From: Gaiellales bacterium
GTDB lineage: Bacteria; Actinomycetota; Thermoleophilia; RBG-16-64-13
Assembly: GCA_012719395.1 (NCBI GenBank)
Contig: JAAYAL010000016.1
Span: 3,166 to 67,165 of the forward strand
Length of the DNA: 64,000 nucleotides
Direction: 5' to 3'
How positions within the stretch are numbered: position 1 is the first letter of the stretch; the number at the start of each line of letters is the position of its first letter. The position numbers were made by a program, and so were the translations under genes. The notes beneath the pieces were generated by a model that did not search any database, had not been told where the DNA came from, and saw only the letters and a list, made by a program, of their open reading frames with translations. Of the stretch, positions 9,424 to 21,239 are shown in pieces.

Positions 9424-10794
9424 ATGTTCCGCCGCATTCTGATTGCCAACCGGGGCGAGATCGCCCTGCGCATCGTGCGGGCGTGCCATGAGTTGGGTAT
9501 AGAGGCCGTCGCCGTGTATTCCACGGCAGATGCCTCGTGCGCCCACGTGCTGGAGGCGGATCACGCGGTGTGCATCGGCCCTCCGCCACCGGTGAGCAGC
9601 TACCTGTCCATCGCCAATGTCATCTCCGCGGCCAGGATCAGCGGTTGCGAGGCTGTCCATCCCGGGTATGGCTTTCTGGCCGAGAACACCACCTTCGCCC
9701 GCAGCTGCGAGCAGCAGGACCTCGTGTTCATAGGCCCCACGCCGAAGAGCATGGATGATCTGGGCGACAAGTCCCTGGCCAAGCAACTCATGGCGGAGGC
9801 CGGCCTGCCCACCATCCCCGGCAGTCGCGGAACGGTGGGGGGGATCAGGGAAGCGGAAAGAGTGGCCGGCAAGCTCGGTTACCCCGTCATGCTGAAGGCG
9901 GTGGCGGGGGGAGGCGGCCGGGGCATGCGGCTGGTCGATGCGTCGGATCAGTTGGAGCGGGCATTCCTGGCCGCCGCGGCCGAAGCGCAGGGTGCCTTTG
10001 GCAACGGTGACCTCTACGTGGAGAAGGTTATCGTCAACCCGCACCACATCGAAGTGCAGGTTCTGGGCGACGGTCGGGGACGGGTGCTGACCATGGGAGA
10101 GCGGGATTGCTCCATCCAACGCCGGCATCAGAAGATAGTGGAGGAATCGCCCTCTCCGCTGCTGGATCCCAAGACGCGCCAGACCCTGCAGGAGCACGTC
10201 ACCGCTGCCTGCTCCCACGTGGCGTATGCCAGCGCCGGCACTCTTGAGTTCTTGGCGGATGACAAGAGGAATCTCTATTTCATGGAGATGAACACCAGGG
10301 TGCAGGTGGAGCACCCCGTCACCGAGATGGTGAGTGGCGTCGACATTATCCAAGAGCAGATCCGGATCGCCGCCGGCGGCCCACTGCCGTACACGGGCGC
10401 GGTTGCCCCGCGCGGGCATGCCATGGAGTTTCGCATCAATGCCGAGGACCCTTCCCACAACTTCCTGCCCCGCGCCGGCCGCATTGACCGGCTGCTTCTT
10501 CCCGGCGGTCCGGGCGTGCGCGTGGACACCCACCTGTACCAGGGTTACACCGTTCCTCCCAACTACGACTCGTTGTTGGCCAAGCTCGTGGTGTGGGCTC
10601 CCGATCGCCCGTCCTGCGTGGCCCGTGGCCGCAGAGCGCTCAAGGAGTTGAGTATCGAGGGCATACCCACCACGAGAGACCTGCATCTTGATATCCTGGA
10701 ACACACAGCCTTCAGAGAGGGCAGGTTCTCTACCGCCTTCTTGGAAGAGGCCAGAGACGAATTGCCCACGCTCGCGAGGAGTAGCAAGGGATGA
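9424..10794 (+). CDS. accC: Biotin carboxylase
   Basis: ILIANRGEIALR, HPGYGFLAEN, KAVAGGGGRGMR, ERDCSIQRRHQK, EMNTRVQVEHPVTE, YDSLLAKL; ATG at 9424. Confidence 0.96.
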   Translation: MFRRILIANRGEIALRIVRACHELGIEAVAVYSTADASCAHVLEADHAVCIGPPPPVSSYLSIANVISAARISGCEAVHPGYGFLAENTTFARSCEQQDLVFIGPTPKSMDDLGDKSLAKQLMAEAGLPTIPGSRGTVGGIREAERVAGKLGYPVMLKAVAGGGGRGMRLVDASDQLERAFLAAAAEAQGAFGNGDLYVEKVIVNPHHIEVQVLGDGRGRVLTMGERDCSIQRRHQKIVEESPSPLLDPKTRQTLQEHVTAACSHVAYASAGTLEFLADDKRNLYFMEMNTRVQVEHPVTEMVSGVDIIQEQIRIAAGGPLPYTGAVAPRGHAMEFRINAEDPSHNFLPRAGRIDRLLLPGGPGVRVDTHLYQGYTVPPNYDSLLAKLVVWAPDRPSCVARGRRALKELSIEGIPTTRDLHLDILEHTAFREGRFSTAFLEEARDELPTLARSSKG

Positions 10795-11114
10795 GCGGAG
10801 AAGAATTGGAATCCAGCTACCAGATCGCGGAGAGCGTCTTGGAGGCCATAGCCCGTCGGGCGCTGGAAGGGGAGAAGCGGGCTCGCCTGCATGCCGGAGG
10901 TATAGGCCGGGGACGCAACATCGACGTGTCGATGGAGGGCCTGTCCTACCACGCCATCGTGCACTTGGATGGAAGCCTGGGCGAGGACCTCATCCAGGTA
11001 GGTACGGAGATCCAGGGCAAGATCGCCCGCGCCCTCACCCGGATGACCGGCTGTGCCGTGGCGGCGGTTGACGTGGTGTTCGAGGGCGTGTACGCGCCCT
11101 CTGTCGGCGAGTAA
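10791..11114 (+). CDS. Asp23/Gls24 family protein
   Basis: IAESVLEAIA..., IQGKIARALTRMTG.AV.AVDVVFEGV; canonical position between accC and nusB. Confidence 0.8.
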   Translation: MSGEELESSYQIAESVLEAIARRALEGEKRARLHAGGIGRGRNIDVSMEGLSYHAIVHLDGSLGEDLIQVGTEIQGKIARALTRMTGCAVAAVDVVFEGVYAPSVGE

Positions 11115-11117
11115 CCC

Positions 11118-11522
11118 GTGGCCATAGGTAGGCGCCGAGCCCGGAAGGAAGCAATCTTCCTTCTCTATCAGTGTGACCTCATGGGGTTGACGGCACCCCA
11201 GGTGCTCGAGCGTGCTGAGCTGGCCGGAAACCTGATAGATGCCTACACGCGTCTCTTGGTGCTGGAGGTCTTCCGGCGCCGAGCGGCTCTGGACGAGCTC
11301 ATCGGGCGGCACCTCCAGGGCTGGTCGGTTGAGCGCCTGGCCCCGTTGGAACGCAACATCATGCGCGTTGCCTTGGTGGAGATCGGGGAGACGGCGGACG
11401 TTCCGGTATCAGTGGCCTTGGACGAAGCGGTGGGTTTGGCGAAAAGGTACTGTTCTGACGAAGCCGCCGGGCTGGTGAACGGGGTCTTGGGCGGCATCAT
11501 GTCCGATATCGAGGCGGCATGA
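11118..11522 (+). CDS. nusB: Transcription antitermination factor NusB
   Basis: RRRARKEAIFLLYQ, GWSVERLAPLERNIMR, VALDEAV.LAK.Y, VNGVLG. Confidence 0.95.
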   Translation: MAIGRRRARKEAIFLLYQCDLMGLTAPQVLERAELAGNLIDAYTRLLVLEVFRRRAALDELIGRHLQGWSVERLAPLERNIMRVALVEIGETADVPVSVALDEAVGLAKRYCSDEAAGLVNGVLGGIMSDIEAA

Positions 11523-13402
11523 GACTCATTGAACAGATCCCTCTGCCACACGGCCTGCATGACTTGGATTCGGTCAGGCTGCAGCAGGTGGCAGACGAAG
11601 TCCGCGCCGAGATCATCGAGGTCATCTCGCGCACAGGCGGGCACTTGGGCGCCAGCCTGGGTGTGGTGGAACTCACTGTGGCTCTACATGCGGAACTGGA
11701 ATCGCCCGTTGACAAGATCGTCTGGGACGTAGGCCACCAATCCTACGCGCACAAGATCCTCACCGGGCGCCTGCGGGCCTTCGCCGGCATTCGCACACTG
11801 CATGGTATCTCCGGCTTTCCCAAGCGTGAGGAGAGCCAGCACGATGCTTTCGGAACGGGCCACAGCAGCACCTCCGTGAGCGCTGCCGTGGGCTTGGCCG
11901 AGGGGATGCGCAGCGAGGGTCGCCCGGGCAGGGTGGTGGCCGTGGTGGGCGATGGCGCTCTCACCGGGGGAATGGCGTTCGAAGGGCTGAACCAGGCAGG
12001 TCATCTGCGCACCCCGCTGGTAGTGGTGCTGAATGATAACGAAATGTCCATCAAGAAGAATGTGGGGGCGTTGTCTGAGTACCTCGCCCGCCTGCGCACG
12101 GACCCCACTCTGTTCAAGATGCGTCGGGATTTGGAGCGCCTGGTGCAGCAGGTACCCGGGATCGGTGAGCGCATGTACGCGGTGGGCGGCCAACTGAAGG
12201 AAGGCGTGAAGGCGGCGTTGGTCTCCGGCATGCTCTTCGAAGAAATGGGCTTCACGTACTTGGGCGTCGTCAACGGCCACGACATCGCGGCCGTTCGCGC
12301 CAATCTGCGGCGTGCGCTGGCCGTGCCTGGGCCGGTACTGCTCCACGTGCGAACGGTCAAGGGCAAAGGGTACGTGCCGGCGGAACGTGCTCCCGACCGT
12401 TTTCACGGCTGCGGGGCGTTTTGCATCGAGACCGGCCGGCCCACGGCTCCGCCGGCGAAGGCGGTGAGCTACACGGAGGCCTTCGGACGGGCCCTGGTGG
12501 AATTGGCGCGGGCCGACGAGCGCATCATGGGGATCACGGCGGCCATGGCGGGAGGCACCGGCTTGGATCTGCTGGAGGAGGCATTGCCCGGGCGTTTCTA
12601 TGATGTGGGGATAGCCGAACAGCACGCCGTGGGCTTTGCCGCCGGCTTGGCAGCGGCGGGCAAGCGTCCGGTGGTGGCTCTGTACTCCACGTTTCTGCAA
12701 CGTGCCTTCGACCAAGTCATCCACGATGTGTGCCTGCAGAACCTGCCCGTGGTATTCGCAATAGACCGCGCCGGGCTGGTGGGAGAGGATGGCCCCACTC
12801 ACCACGGCGCCTTCGATCTCAGTTTCCTGCGCATCATCCCCAACCTGACCATTTTCTGCCCCGCTGACGAGGCTGAGTTGCAGCAGTTGCTGGCCAGTGC
12901 CTTTGCGCTGGAGGCGCCCTGCGCCATTCGCTATCCGCGGGGGTCGGGGATAGGCGTTCCGCTACCGTACCCCTTGCGGCCGCTGACCGGGCCGTGGGTG
13001 GAGGTGAGGCGCAGCGGACACGATGCCCTGCTGCTGGCCTGCGGCACGGGGGTGCGAAAGGCGGAGGAGGCGGCCGCCCTTCTGGGCGAGCAAGGTATCT
13101 CGGCCACGGTTGCGAACGTGCGTCGCATCAAGCCGCTGCCGGACGAGGCTATCGCAGAGCTGGTGGCCACTCACTCGGCGGTGGTCACGGTGGAGGAGAA
13201 TGCACTGGTGGGCGGATTCGGTTCTGCGGTGCTTGAGGTCATGCAGCAACGGAAGCTGTACCGGCCCCTTGAGCGCGTGGGCCTCCCCGACCGGTTTGTG
13301 GGGCACGGCGCACCGGCCGAGTTGCATCGTCTGGTGGGCCTCACCGGCCAAGCCATTGCCGAGCAGGCCACCCGGCTTCTGGCTGTGCTTTCCGGAACGT
13401 GA
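11519..13402 (+). CDS. dxs: 1-deoxy-D-xylulose-5-phosphate synthase
   Basis: GGHLGASLG, WDVGHQSY.HK, GHSSTS, GDGALTGGMAFE, NDNEMSI, GIAEQHAV, DRAGLVGEDGPTHHG. Confidence 0.97.
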   Translation: MRLIEQIPLPHGLHDLDSVRLQQVADEVRAEIIEVISRTGGHLGASLGVVELTVALHAELESPVDKIVWDVGHQSYAHKILTGRLRAFAGIRTLHGISGFPKREESQHDAFGTGHSSTSVSAAVGLAEGMRSEGRPGRVVAVVGDGALTGGMAFEGLNQAGHLRTPLVVVLNDNEMSIKKNVGALSEYLARLRTDPTLFKMRRDLERLVQQVPGIGERMYAVGGQLKEGVKAALVSGMLFEEMGFTYLGVVNGHDIAAVRANLRRALAVPGPVLLHVRTVKGKGYVPAERAPDRFHGCGAFCIETGRPTAPPAKAVSYTEAFGRALVELARADERIMGITAAMAGGTGLDLLEEALPGRFYDVGIAEQHAVGFAAGLAAAGKRPVVALYSTFLQRAFDQVIHDVCLQNLPVVFAIDRAGLVGEDGPTHHGAFDLSFLRIIPNLTIFCPADEAELQQLLASAFALEAPCAIRYPRGSGIGVPLPYPLRPLTGPWVEVRRSGHDALLLACGTGVRKAEEAAALLGEQGISATVANVRRIKPLPDEAIAELVATHSAVVTVEENALVGGFGSAVLEVMQQRKLYRPLERVGLPDRFVGHGAPAELHRLVGLTGQAIAEQATRLLAVLSGT

Positions 13403-14220
13403 CCGCTGGGATCCGTCGAGCCCGTTTGGACGAAGCCGTGGTGACGCGGGCACTGGCTTCCACCCGCAGTGAGGCCCGCGGTCTCATCATGGCCGGCCGA
13501 GTGCTGGTGGACGGCCGAGTGGTAGACAAAGCCGGTAGCGCCGTATCGGCGCAGGCTAGGGTGGAAGTGGTCCCCGGTCCTCGATTCGTGTCGCGCGCGG
13601 GGGCCAAGCTGGCTCACGCCCTCGATGTGTTTGGCGTGACCGTGACCGGCCGCAGTGTGTTGGATGTGGGGGCTTCCACCGGTGGCTTTGTGGACTGCGT
13701 GCTGCAGCGCGGCGCGACACAGGTCATCGCACTGGACGTGGGCAAAGGGCAACTCGACTACCGTCTACGCGTGGACGAGCGCGTGGTAGTGCGCGAGGGG
13801 GTGAATGCCCGCTATCTAACTCCTGATCAGCTTCCTTTCACTGCAGATATGCTGACCATGGATGTGTCCTTCATCTCTGTGACCAAGGTACTGCCCGCGG
13901 TCGTTGCCTGTCTGACGGAGGCCTTCAACGGACTGATACTGGTGAAGCCACAGTTTGAGGCCGGTCCCTCCAAGGTGGGGAAGGGGGGCATCGTGCGCGA
14001 TGCGCTTGTGCACCGCCAAGTGGTGGCCTCCGTGGCTCGCGCGCTTACGGCCAAGGTGGGGCTGCAGGTGTGGGGGGTGTGCCCCTCCGGTCTTCCCGGA
14101 GTGGGGGGCAATAGAGAGTTCTTTCTGTGGGCCGGTCGTGGTGGAGCCGAGTGCCTCTCGCCTGCTACCCTTGCGCAGTTGATAGACGAGGCGGTGGAAG
14201 GGCGCGATGGAGCCGGTTGA
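13399..14220 (+). CDS. tlyA: TlyA family RNA methyltransferase
   Basis: S4 domain (RLDEAVV, SRSEARGLIMAG), FVSRAGAKL, DVGASTGGF, DVSFIS, LVKPQFE, GNREF. Confidence 0.94.
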   Translation: MTAGIRRARLDEAVVTRALASTRSEARGLIMAGRVLVDGRVVDKAGSAVSAQARVEVVPGPRFVSRAGAKLAHALDVFGVTVTGRSVLDVGASTGGFVDCVLQRGATQVIALDVGKGQLDYRLRVDERVVVREGVNARYLTPDQLPFTADMLTMDVSFISVTKVLPAVVACLTEAFNGLILVKPQFEAGPSKVGKGGIVRDALVHRQVVASVARALTAKVGLQVWGVCPSGLPGVGGNREFFLWAGRGGAECLSPATLAQLIDEAVEGRDGAG

Positions 14221-15091
14221 GGCAGTCATTGTTATGAGCCATCTGGTGGCCAACGTCGCCGACGATGCTCTGCGCAGGGTACTGAAAGTACTGGAGCGCC
14301 GCCAGGTGACCTGTCTGTTGCCGGCCACAGAGGTGGAGAAACACCGGGAGATGCTCTCCACCACAAGGGCGCCATGGGAAGCATTGGCCCCGGCTGGACT
14401 GCAGGAAGCCGTTCCCCGCGCTCAGCTCTGCCTGGTGCTGGGCGGTGACGGAACCACCCTGCGCGCCTTTCGCCGCATGGGCAACCGTCTGCCCGTGGCT
14501 GGAGTCAATCTGGGGCGTGTCGGCTTCCTCTCTACCATGGACAAGCAGATGATCGAGAGGGATCTGGAGCGTGCGCTGTCGGGTGACGTGACCGTGCACA
14601 GACTGCCGGGGTTGCGCGTCAGCGGTGGGGGTGGCGATGGTTTGGTCGGCCGGCGGCGCCTCGCTCTCAACGATGTCTTCATCGGTCGGCGGCATGAGTC
14701 GACCATCTGCCATCTGGCGTACCATCTCAACCGCGACGCCATGTACGATGTGCGCTGCGACGGCTTGGTGGTCGCTACCCCTGCCGGCTCCTCCGCCTAC
14801 AATCTCTCGGTGGGCGGTCCTCTGCTCGGTCTGGGTGCAGAGGCCTATGCCATCACCTTCGTGGCGGCGCATACTCTGACGGCACGCTCCGTGGTGGCCG
14901 CCGGCGCAGACCGTCTCACCGTGACCAACCTCTCCTCCATGGAGCCGGCCCACTTGGTCCTCGACGGGGAACCAGTTGGGCAGTTGGCGCCGGAGGATCG
15001 CGTGGAGGTACAACTCATCCCGGATGCGGCGCGCCTGGCCCTCCTGCCGGAAGACAGCCTGTACCGGAACTTCCGCGACCGCTTTCTGTAG
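14207..15091 (+). CDS. nadK: NAD(+) kinase
   Basis: LGGDGTTL, GVNLGRVGFL, ALND, DGLVVATPAGSSAYNLSVGGP. Confidence 0.93.
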   Translation: MEPVEAVIVMSHLVANVADDALRRVLKVLERRQVTCLLPATEVEKHREMLSTTRAPWEALAPAGLQEAVPRAQLCLVLGGDGTTLRAFRRMGNRLPVAGVNLGRVGFLSTMDKQMIERDLERALSGDVTVHRLPGLRVSGGGGDGLVGRRRLALNDVFIGRRHESTICHLAYHLNRDAMYDVRCDGLVVATPAGSSAYNLSVGGPLLGLGAEAYAITFVAAHTLTARSVVAAGADRLTVTNLSSMEPAHLVLDGEPVGQLAPEDRVEVQLIPDAARLALLPEDSLYRNFRDRFL

Positions 15092-15097
15092 CTGCCC

Positions 15098-16795
15098 ATG
15101 CTGCTGGAGCTTGCCATCCGTAACTTCGTGTTGATTGAGGAGGCCACTTTGGAGTTCGCCCCAGGCCTCACCGTGCTCACAGGGGAGACCGGGGCGGGCA
15201 AGACCCTGCTGACCCAAGCCTTGGGGCTGCTGCTGGGCGAGAGGGCCGTGGAGGGCCTGGTGGGGCCCGCGGCGGAGGAGGCCGTCATACAGGCGGTGTT
15301 GGAGCCCCCTCAGCGCCGCTGGGCGGATGCAACGGAGCTTGCGGCACTGTGGGGAGCGGACGCCGCCGGCGGGTTGATCGTGACCCGGCGTTTGGCGGCC
15401 GGGGGCCGCAACCGCTGTTTTCTCAACGGGACGGCGGTGAATGTGGCCACGCTGGGTAGGGCTTTGACCGGTTTGGTGGCCTTCACCGGGCAGCAGGAGC
15501 ATCGCCGACTGCTGGAGCCGGGATATCAGCGCGTGGTCCTCGATGCCTTCTCCGGCGAAGGCGCACAGAGGCTGCTCAAGCGCTATCGCGAGCAGTGGTC
15601 GCTGGCCCGGGAGCTGACCGCCCGGCTGCGCGAGGCCGGGGCGAGAGGGGAAGAGAGACGGCGGGAACGCGAGCTGTTGGCCTTCCAAGTAGCGGAGCTG
15701 GAGGAAGCGGCGCTGTCGGTGGGCGAAGAGGAGGAGTTGCGGCACGAGCAGGCGGTGCTGGCCCGTGCGGAGGAATTGAGGCTGGGGTGTGCCCGAGCCG
15801 CCGATCTGCTCAGCGGCGAGCGGGAGGCGCCGGACGCGGTCTCAATGGCCGGCGCCGCCCGCGCAGCACTATCCGGAGTCCAGGGACTGGACACGGTGGT
15901 AGATCGCAGCTTCGAGGCACTGAGCGAGGCCCTGTACACGCTGACGGACACGGCGCGGGATCTGAGGCGCTTTGTGGAGAAGGTGAACGCCGATCCAGGC
16001 CGTCGCGAAGAGGTTGATCGCAGGCTGCGTCTCTATCTGGACCTGGCGCGCAAGTACGGACAAGAGGGTCCACAGCAGTTGGTGGCGTTCTCGGAGCGCA
16101 TGCGTGGCCGGCTGGAGAAGCTCAGCGGCCTGGAGGAGGAAGTGTCGGGACTGGAGCAGACATCTCTGGCCGCGCGGCACGAAGCAGTGGAGCTGGCGAC
16201 CGCCTTGTCGCAGGTGCGGCGAGAGGCGGTGCCTCAGTTTGAGCAGGCGGTGGCCCAGGAGTTGGCCGGCTTGGGCATGGAAACGGCAGAGGTGTCGGTG
16301 GTGGTGGACACGTCGCTGGAGTGGGAGGCGCTGGGGGAGGCCGGCGGCGACGCGGTGGAGTTCCAGCTGCTCTCCAACCCGGGATTGCCACCTCGGCCGC
16401 TTGCCAGAGTGGCCTCGGGAGGAGAGCTCTCGCGTACCCTGCTGGCCGTCAAGTGCGCGCTGGCCGGTCTGGAGAGTGCGGAGACGCTGGTTTTTGATGA
16501 GATCGACGCCGGGATCGGAGGGCAGACGGCCCTGGCCGTGGGCGAGAAGCTGAGACGGCTGTCGCGGGATACCCAGCTGGTGGTGATCACTCACCTGCCA
16601 CAAGTGGCGGCCTTCGCCGATCGACACTACGTCATCGAGAAGGTGTCGGACAGTCACGGTGCTCGTACCCGGCTGGTGCCACTGGAGGAGGAAGCGGTTC
16701 TGGTTGAGCTCTGCCGCATGATGGGCGGGAGCCCGGAGGAACCGGGAGCCATGGCACATGCGGCAGCGCTGCGCCGGCGGGGTCTGCAGGCGTGA
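15098..16795 (+). CDS. recN: DNA repair protein RecN
   Basis: LAIRNFVLIE, LTGETGAGKT, ASGGELSR, FDEIDAGIGG, ITHLPQVAA. Confidence 0.96.
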   Translation: MLLELAIRNFVLIEEATLEFAPGLTVLTGETGAGKTLLTQALGLLLGERAVEGLVGPAAEEAVIQAVLEPPQRRWADATELAALWGADAAGGLIVTRRLAAGGRNRCFLNGTAVNVATLGRALTGLVAFTGQQEHRRLLEPGYQRVVLDAFSGEGAQRLLKRYREQWSLARELTARLREAGARGEERRRERELLAFQVAELEEAALSVGEEEELRHEQAVLARAEELRLGCARAADLLSGEREAPDAVSMAGAARAALSGVQGLDTVVDRSFEALSEALYTLTDTARDLRRFVEKVNADPGRREEVDRRLRLYLDLARKYGQEGPQQLVAFSERMRGRLEKLSGLEEEVSGLEQTSLAARHEAVELATALSQVRREAVPQFEQAVAQELAGLGMETAEVSVVVDTSLEWEALGEAGGDAVEFQLLSNPGLPPRPLARVASGGELSRTLLAVKCALAGLESAETLVFDEIDAGIGGQTALAVGEKLRRLSRDTQLVVITHLPQVAAFADRHYVIEKVSDSHGARTRLVPLEEEAVLVELCRMMGGSPEEPGAMAHAAALRRRGLQA

Positions 16796-16817
16796 GAGGC
16801 CGATACCCGCCGTTCCC

Positions 16818-16826
16818 TGCTAGAAT
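16818..16826 (+). promoter_or_regulatory. Putative extended -10 promoter for pyrG
   Basis: TG-C-TAGAAT in the recN-pyrG intergenic gap. Confidence 0.5.
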
Positions 16827-16843
16827 TGGAAGGGCGCCTCTAG

Positions 16844-18544
<1,701 letters not shown>

Positions 18545-18563
18545 TGGCAAGGACGTGGCTGTG

Positions 18564-19751
18564 ATGCCCCAGGCAGTCCAAGGCCCGCCGTATCCGGAGC
18601 CGCAGGCGGAGAGTCTCGCCAGGCTCTTCAGTGATCTGGCCTGCATCCCCAGTCCGCCCGGTGCGGAGAGGGGGGTAGCCGACTTTATCGTGGCCGCTTT
18701 GAGGGGGATGGGATTGGAGCCCGAGGAGGACGCGGCCGCCACCGCCACTGGAGGGCAGGCGGGAAACCTCTACTGCCTGGTTCCCGGCACGGACAGGGGC
18801 GGTCCCCACATCGTTCTCAGCGGGCATATGGACACCGTGGTTCCCACCGACTCCATTGAACCGGTGCTGGAGGAGGGCGTGTTCCGCAACGCTCGGCCCA
18901 CGATCCTGGGGGCGGACGACAAGTCCGCCTTGGCCGCCCTTCTCCATGCCACGGAGATACTCCGTTCCAGCGGTATGGCGTACCCGGCGTACGAGTTGTT
19001 GTTCACGGTCAGTGAGGAGACGGCTCTCACCGGCATTAAGCAGTTCAACCCGGCTCGTTTGCGCAGCGGCGCGGGGGCGGTGTTCGACTCCTCGGGCCCC
19101 GTGGGGGGGGTGGTGCTCGCCGCGCCCACGCAGACGACGGTGCGGGCGTGGTTCCAGGGCCGTGCGGCGCACGCGGGGGTGGAACCGGAGAAGGGCTGCA
19201 ATGCCATCCTAGCGGCGGCCACGGCAGTGTCGCGCATGGAACTGGGACGGCTTGACGAGGAGACCACGGCCAACGTGGGCCTGATCCAAGGCGGCACCGC
19301 CCGCAACATAGTGGCAGAGCAATGCTTCATCGAGTGCGAGTGCCGCAGTCACAATGAGGACAAGCTGGCACGGGCGGTTGCCTCCATGCTCGATGCCATC
19401 CAGTATGGGGCTACTCAGGTGGGAGCCGACGTCCGCGTGGCATCGGGACCGGAATACCGGTGCTATCGGCTGTCCGAGAGGGGCGGGGTGGTGCGTCTGG
19501 CCTGCCGTGCCTTGCGTGACGTGGGGTTGAAGCCGGAGCTCAAAGTGGCCGGGGGTGGAGCTGATTCCAACATCCTCAACGCCTGGGGTATCCCCACGGT
19601 GAACCTCAGCACCGGCATGCTGGACATGCACACGCCGGAGGAGCGGATCGCGCTTAACGATCTGATCCTGCTGACGAGGGTCATCATGGCCTTGGTCGGC
19701 CGCAGTTCTGAGATCACCTTACGCACTCGGAAGGCCGGGAAAGGAGCATAG
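18564..19751 (+). CDS. M20/M25/M40 family peptidase (peptidase T-like)
   Basis: SGHMDTV, ILGADDKS, FTVSEE, GRAAHAGVEPEKG, GGGADSN, HTPEE; start 18561/18564. Confidence 0.88.
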   Translation: MPQAVQGPPYPEPQAESLARLFSDLACIPSPPGAERGVADFIVAALRGMGLEPEEDAAATATGGQAGNLYCLVPGTDRGGPHIVLSGHMDTVVPTDSIEPVLEEGVFRNARPTILGADDKSALAALLHATEILRSSGMAYPAYELLFTVSEETALTGIKQFNPARLRSGAGAVFDSSGPVGGVVLAAPTQTTVRAWFQGRAAHAGVEPEKGCNAILAAATAVSRMELGRLDEETTANVGLIQGGTARNIVAEQCFIECECRSHNEDKLARAVASMLDAIQYGATQVGADVRVASGPEYRCYRLSERGGVVRLACRALRDVGLKPELKVAGGGADSNILNAWGIPTVNLSTGMLDMHTPEERIALNDLILLTRVIMALVGRSSEITLRTRKAGKGA

Positions 19752-19753
19752 CC

Positions 19754-20323
19754 GTGTCGCGGAACCCACCTTTGGCCGCGCGCCGTCCGGTCAATGTAGA
19801 CTCCCGTCCCGTTTACCAGGGCCACGTGGTCACGCTGCGGGTGGACACCTTGCGCTACCCGAACGGGCAGGAGGTGAAACGCGAGATCATCGATCATCCG
19901 GGCGCGGTGGTGGTGGCGGCTCTTGATGAGCGAGGGCGGGTGGCCGTGGTTGAGCAGTATCGTCCGGCTGTCGGGCGGGAGCTGTTTGAGTTGCCGGCCG
20001 GTACGCTGGAGAACGGCGAGGACCCGGCGGCGGCGGCCGTCCGCGAGCTGCGAGAGGAGACCGGTGTGGAGGCCGCACGCTGGGACGCGCTGGGCTCCTT
20101 CTACTCTTCGCCGGGTTTCCTTTGCGAGGAACTCCACGCGTATCTCGCTCGAGACCTGAGAGAAGTGCCGCCCCAACCCGAGGATGATGAAGACATCGAG
20201 GTAAGCTGGATGCCGCTGGCCACGTCGCCGGTGGGCAGGCAGTCGGTGATGGACTCCAAGACGTTGGCCACTCTCTTCCTGGTTGAGGACTTTCTGCGGC
20301 GGGAAGCGGCCGGCGGTCCGTAG
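19754..20323 (+). CDS. nudF: ADP-ribose pyrophosphatase (NUDIX hydrolase)
   Basis: REIIDHPGAV, EQYRP, ELPAG, Nudix box G..E..EDPAAAAVRELREETG, SSPGF. Confidence 0.88.
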   Translation: MSRNPPLAARRPVNVDSRPVYQGHVVTLRVDTLRYPNGQEVKREIIDHPGAVVVAALDERGRVAVVEQYRPAVGRELFELPAGTLENGEDPAAAAVRELREETGVEAARWDALGSFYSSPGFLCEELHAYLARDLREVPPQPEDDEDIEVSWMPLATSPVGRQSVMDSKTLATLFLVEDFLRREAAGGP

Positions 20324-20327
20324 CCCC

Positions 20328-21239
20328 ATGTCATCCGGCGATCGCGCCTCCTCCTCACCTGAGCTACAGGCCTTCCTGACCTCGCTGCGACTGGAGAGGG
20401 GATTGGCCGACAACACCATCGCCGCGTATCGCAGGGATCTGGAGCAATTGCTGAGTTTCCTCTCGGAGCGTGGACTGTTGCCGGGCGCCGCGCTGACCGA
20501 GGATTTGCGCCTCTTTCTCTCGCTTGAAGAATGGAGTCCCGCCACCCGGGCCCGCAAGACCGCCGCCATCCGCTCCTTCTACGAGTTCCTGGTGCTGACA
20601 GGCAGGGTGGTGCGCGATCCCGGCGCGCGACTGGCCTCTCCTCGCGGCTCCCTCCGCCTTCCGCGGGCGCTTTCAGTTCATGATGTCGAGCATATGCTGG
20701 TTCTCCCGCCGGCCACACCGCTTGGTCTGCGAGATCGTGCCCTGCTGGAGACACTCTACGGGGCAGGGCTGCGGGCTTCGGAGGCCGTGGGGCTTCGACC
20801 GGAGGAGGTTGACCTGGAGATCGGTTTCTTGCGCACCATCGGCAAGGGCGGCAAGGAGAGGGTGGTCCCGCTGGGACGGAAGGCCGTGGAGGCGATCAGC
20901 GCCTACCTGGGGCGAGGTCGCGGGAATCTGGGCAGGCCCGGGGCGATAAGGGCGCCGTTTCTCTTCCTGAATCATCGGGGTCACCAACTCAGCCGCCAGG
21001 CAGTGCACTTGATCGTGAAGCGCTACGCACACGAAGCCGGAGCGGGGGACTGGGTATCCGCCCATACCCTGAGGCATTCCTTTGCCACCCACCTGCTGGA
21101 GGGTGGGGCTGACCTGCGGGCAGTGCAGGAAATGCTGGGGCACGCCGATCTTTCCACCACGCAGATCTACACCCATCTCAGCAATGCCTATCTGCGCCAC
21201 GTGTACAACGATGCGCACCCCCGGGCGCGGCACGCATGA
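20328..21239 (+). CDS. xerD: Site-specific tyrosine recombinase XerD
   Basis: ERGLADNTIAAYRRDL, LYGAGLRASE, GKGGKER, HTLRHSFATHLL, LGHADLSTTQIYTH (R-K-H-R-H-Y intact); nudF-xerD-deoB synteny. Confidence 0.94.
   Translation: MSSGDRASSSPELQAFLTSLRLERGLADNTIAAYRRDLEQLLSFLSERGLLPGAALTEDLRLFLSLEEWSPATRARKTAAIRSFYEFLVLTGRVVRDPGARLASPRGSLRLPRALSVHDVEHMLVLPPATPLGLRDRALLETLYGAGLRASEAVGLRPEEVDLEIGFLRTIGKGGKERVVPLGRKAVEAISAYLGRGRGNLGRPGAIRAPFLFLNHRGHQLSRQAVHLIVKRYAHEAGAGDWVSAHTLRHSFATHLLEGGADLRAVQEMLGHADLSTTQIYTHLSNAYLRHVYNDAHPRARHA

Noticed and set aside
11118-11522. nusB abuts dxs without folD/xseA/xseB/ispA between them
   Set aside because: Ordinary synteny erosion; the genes are probably elsewhere, and there is no remnant or scar in the sequence
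20328-21239. Tyrosine recombinase as a possible integrase of a mobile element
   Set aside because: Sequence and nudF-xerD-deoB context mark it as chromosomal XerD; no att sites or cargo
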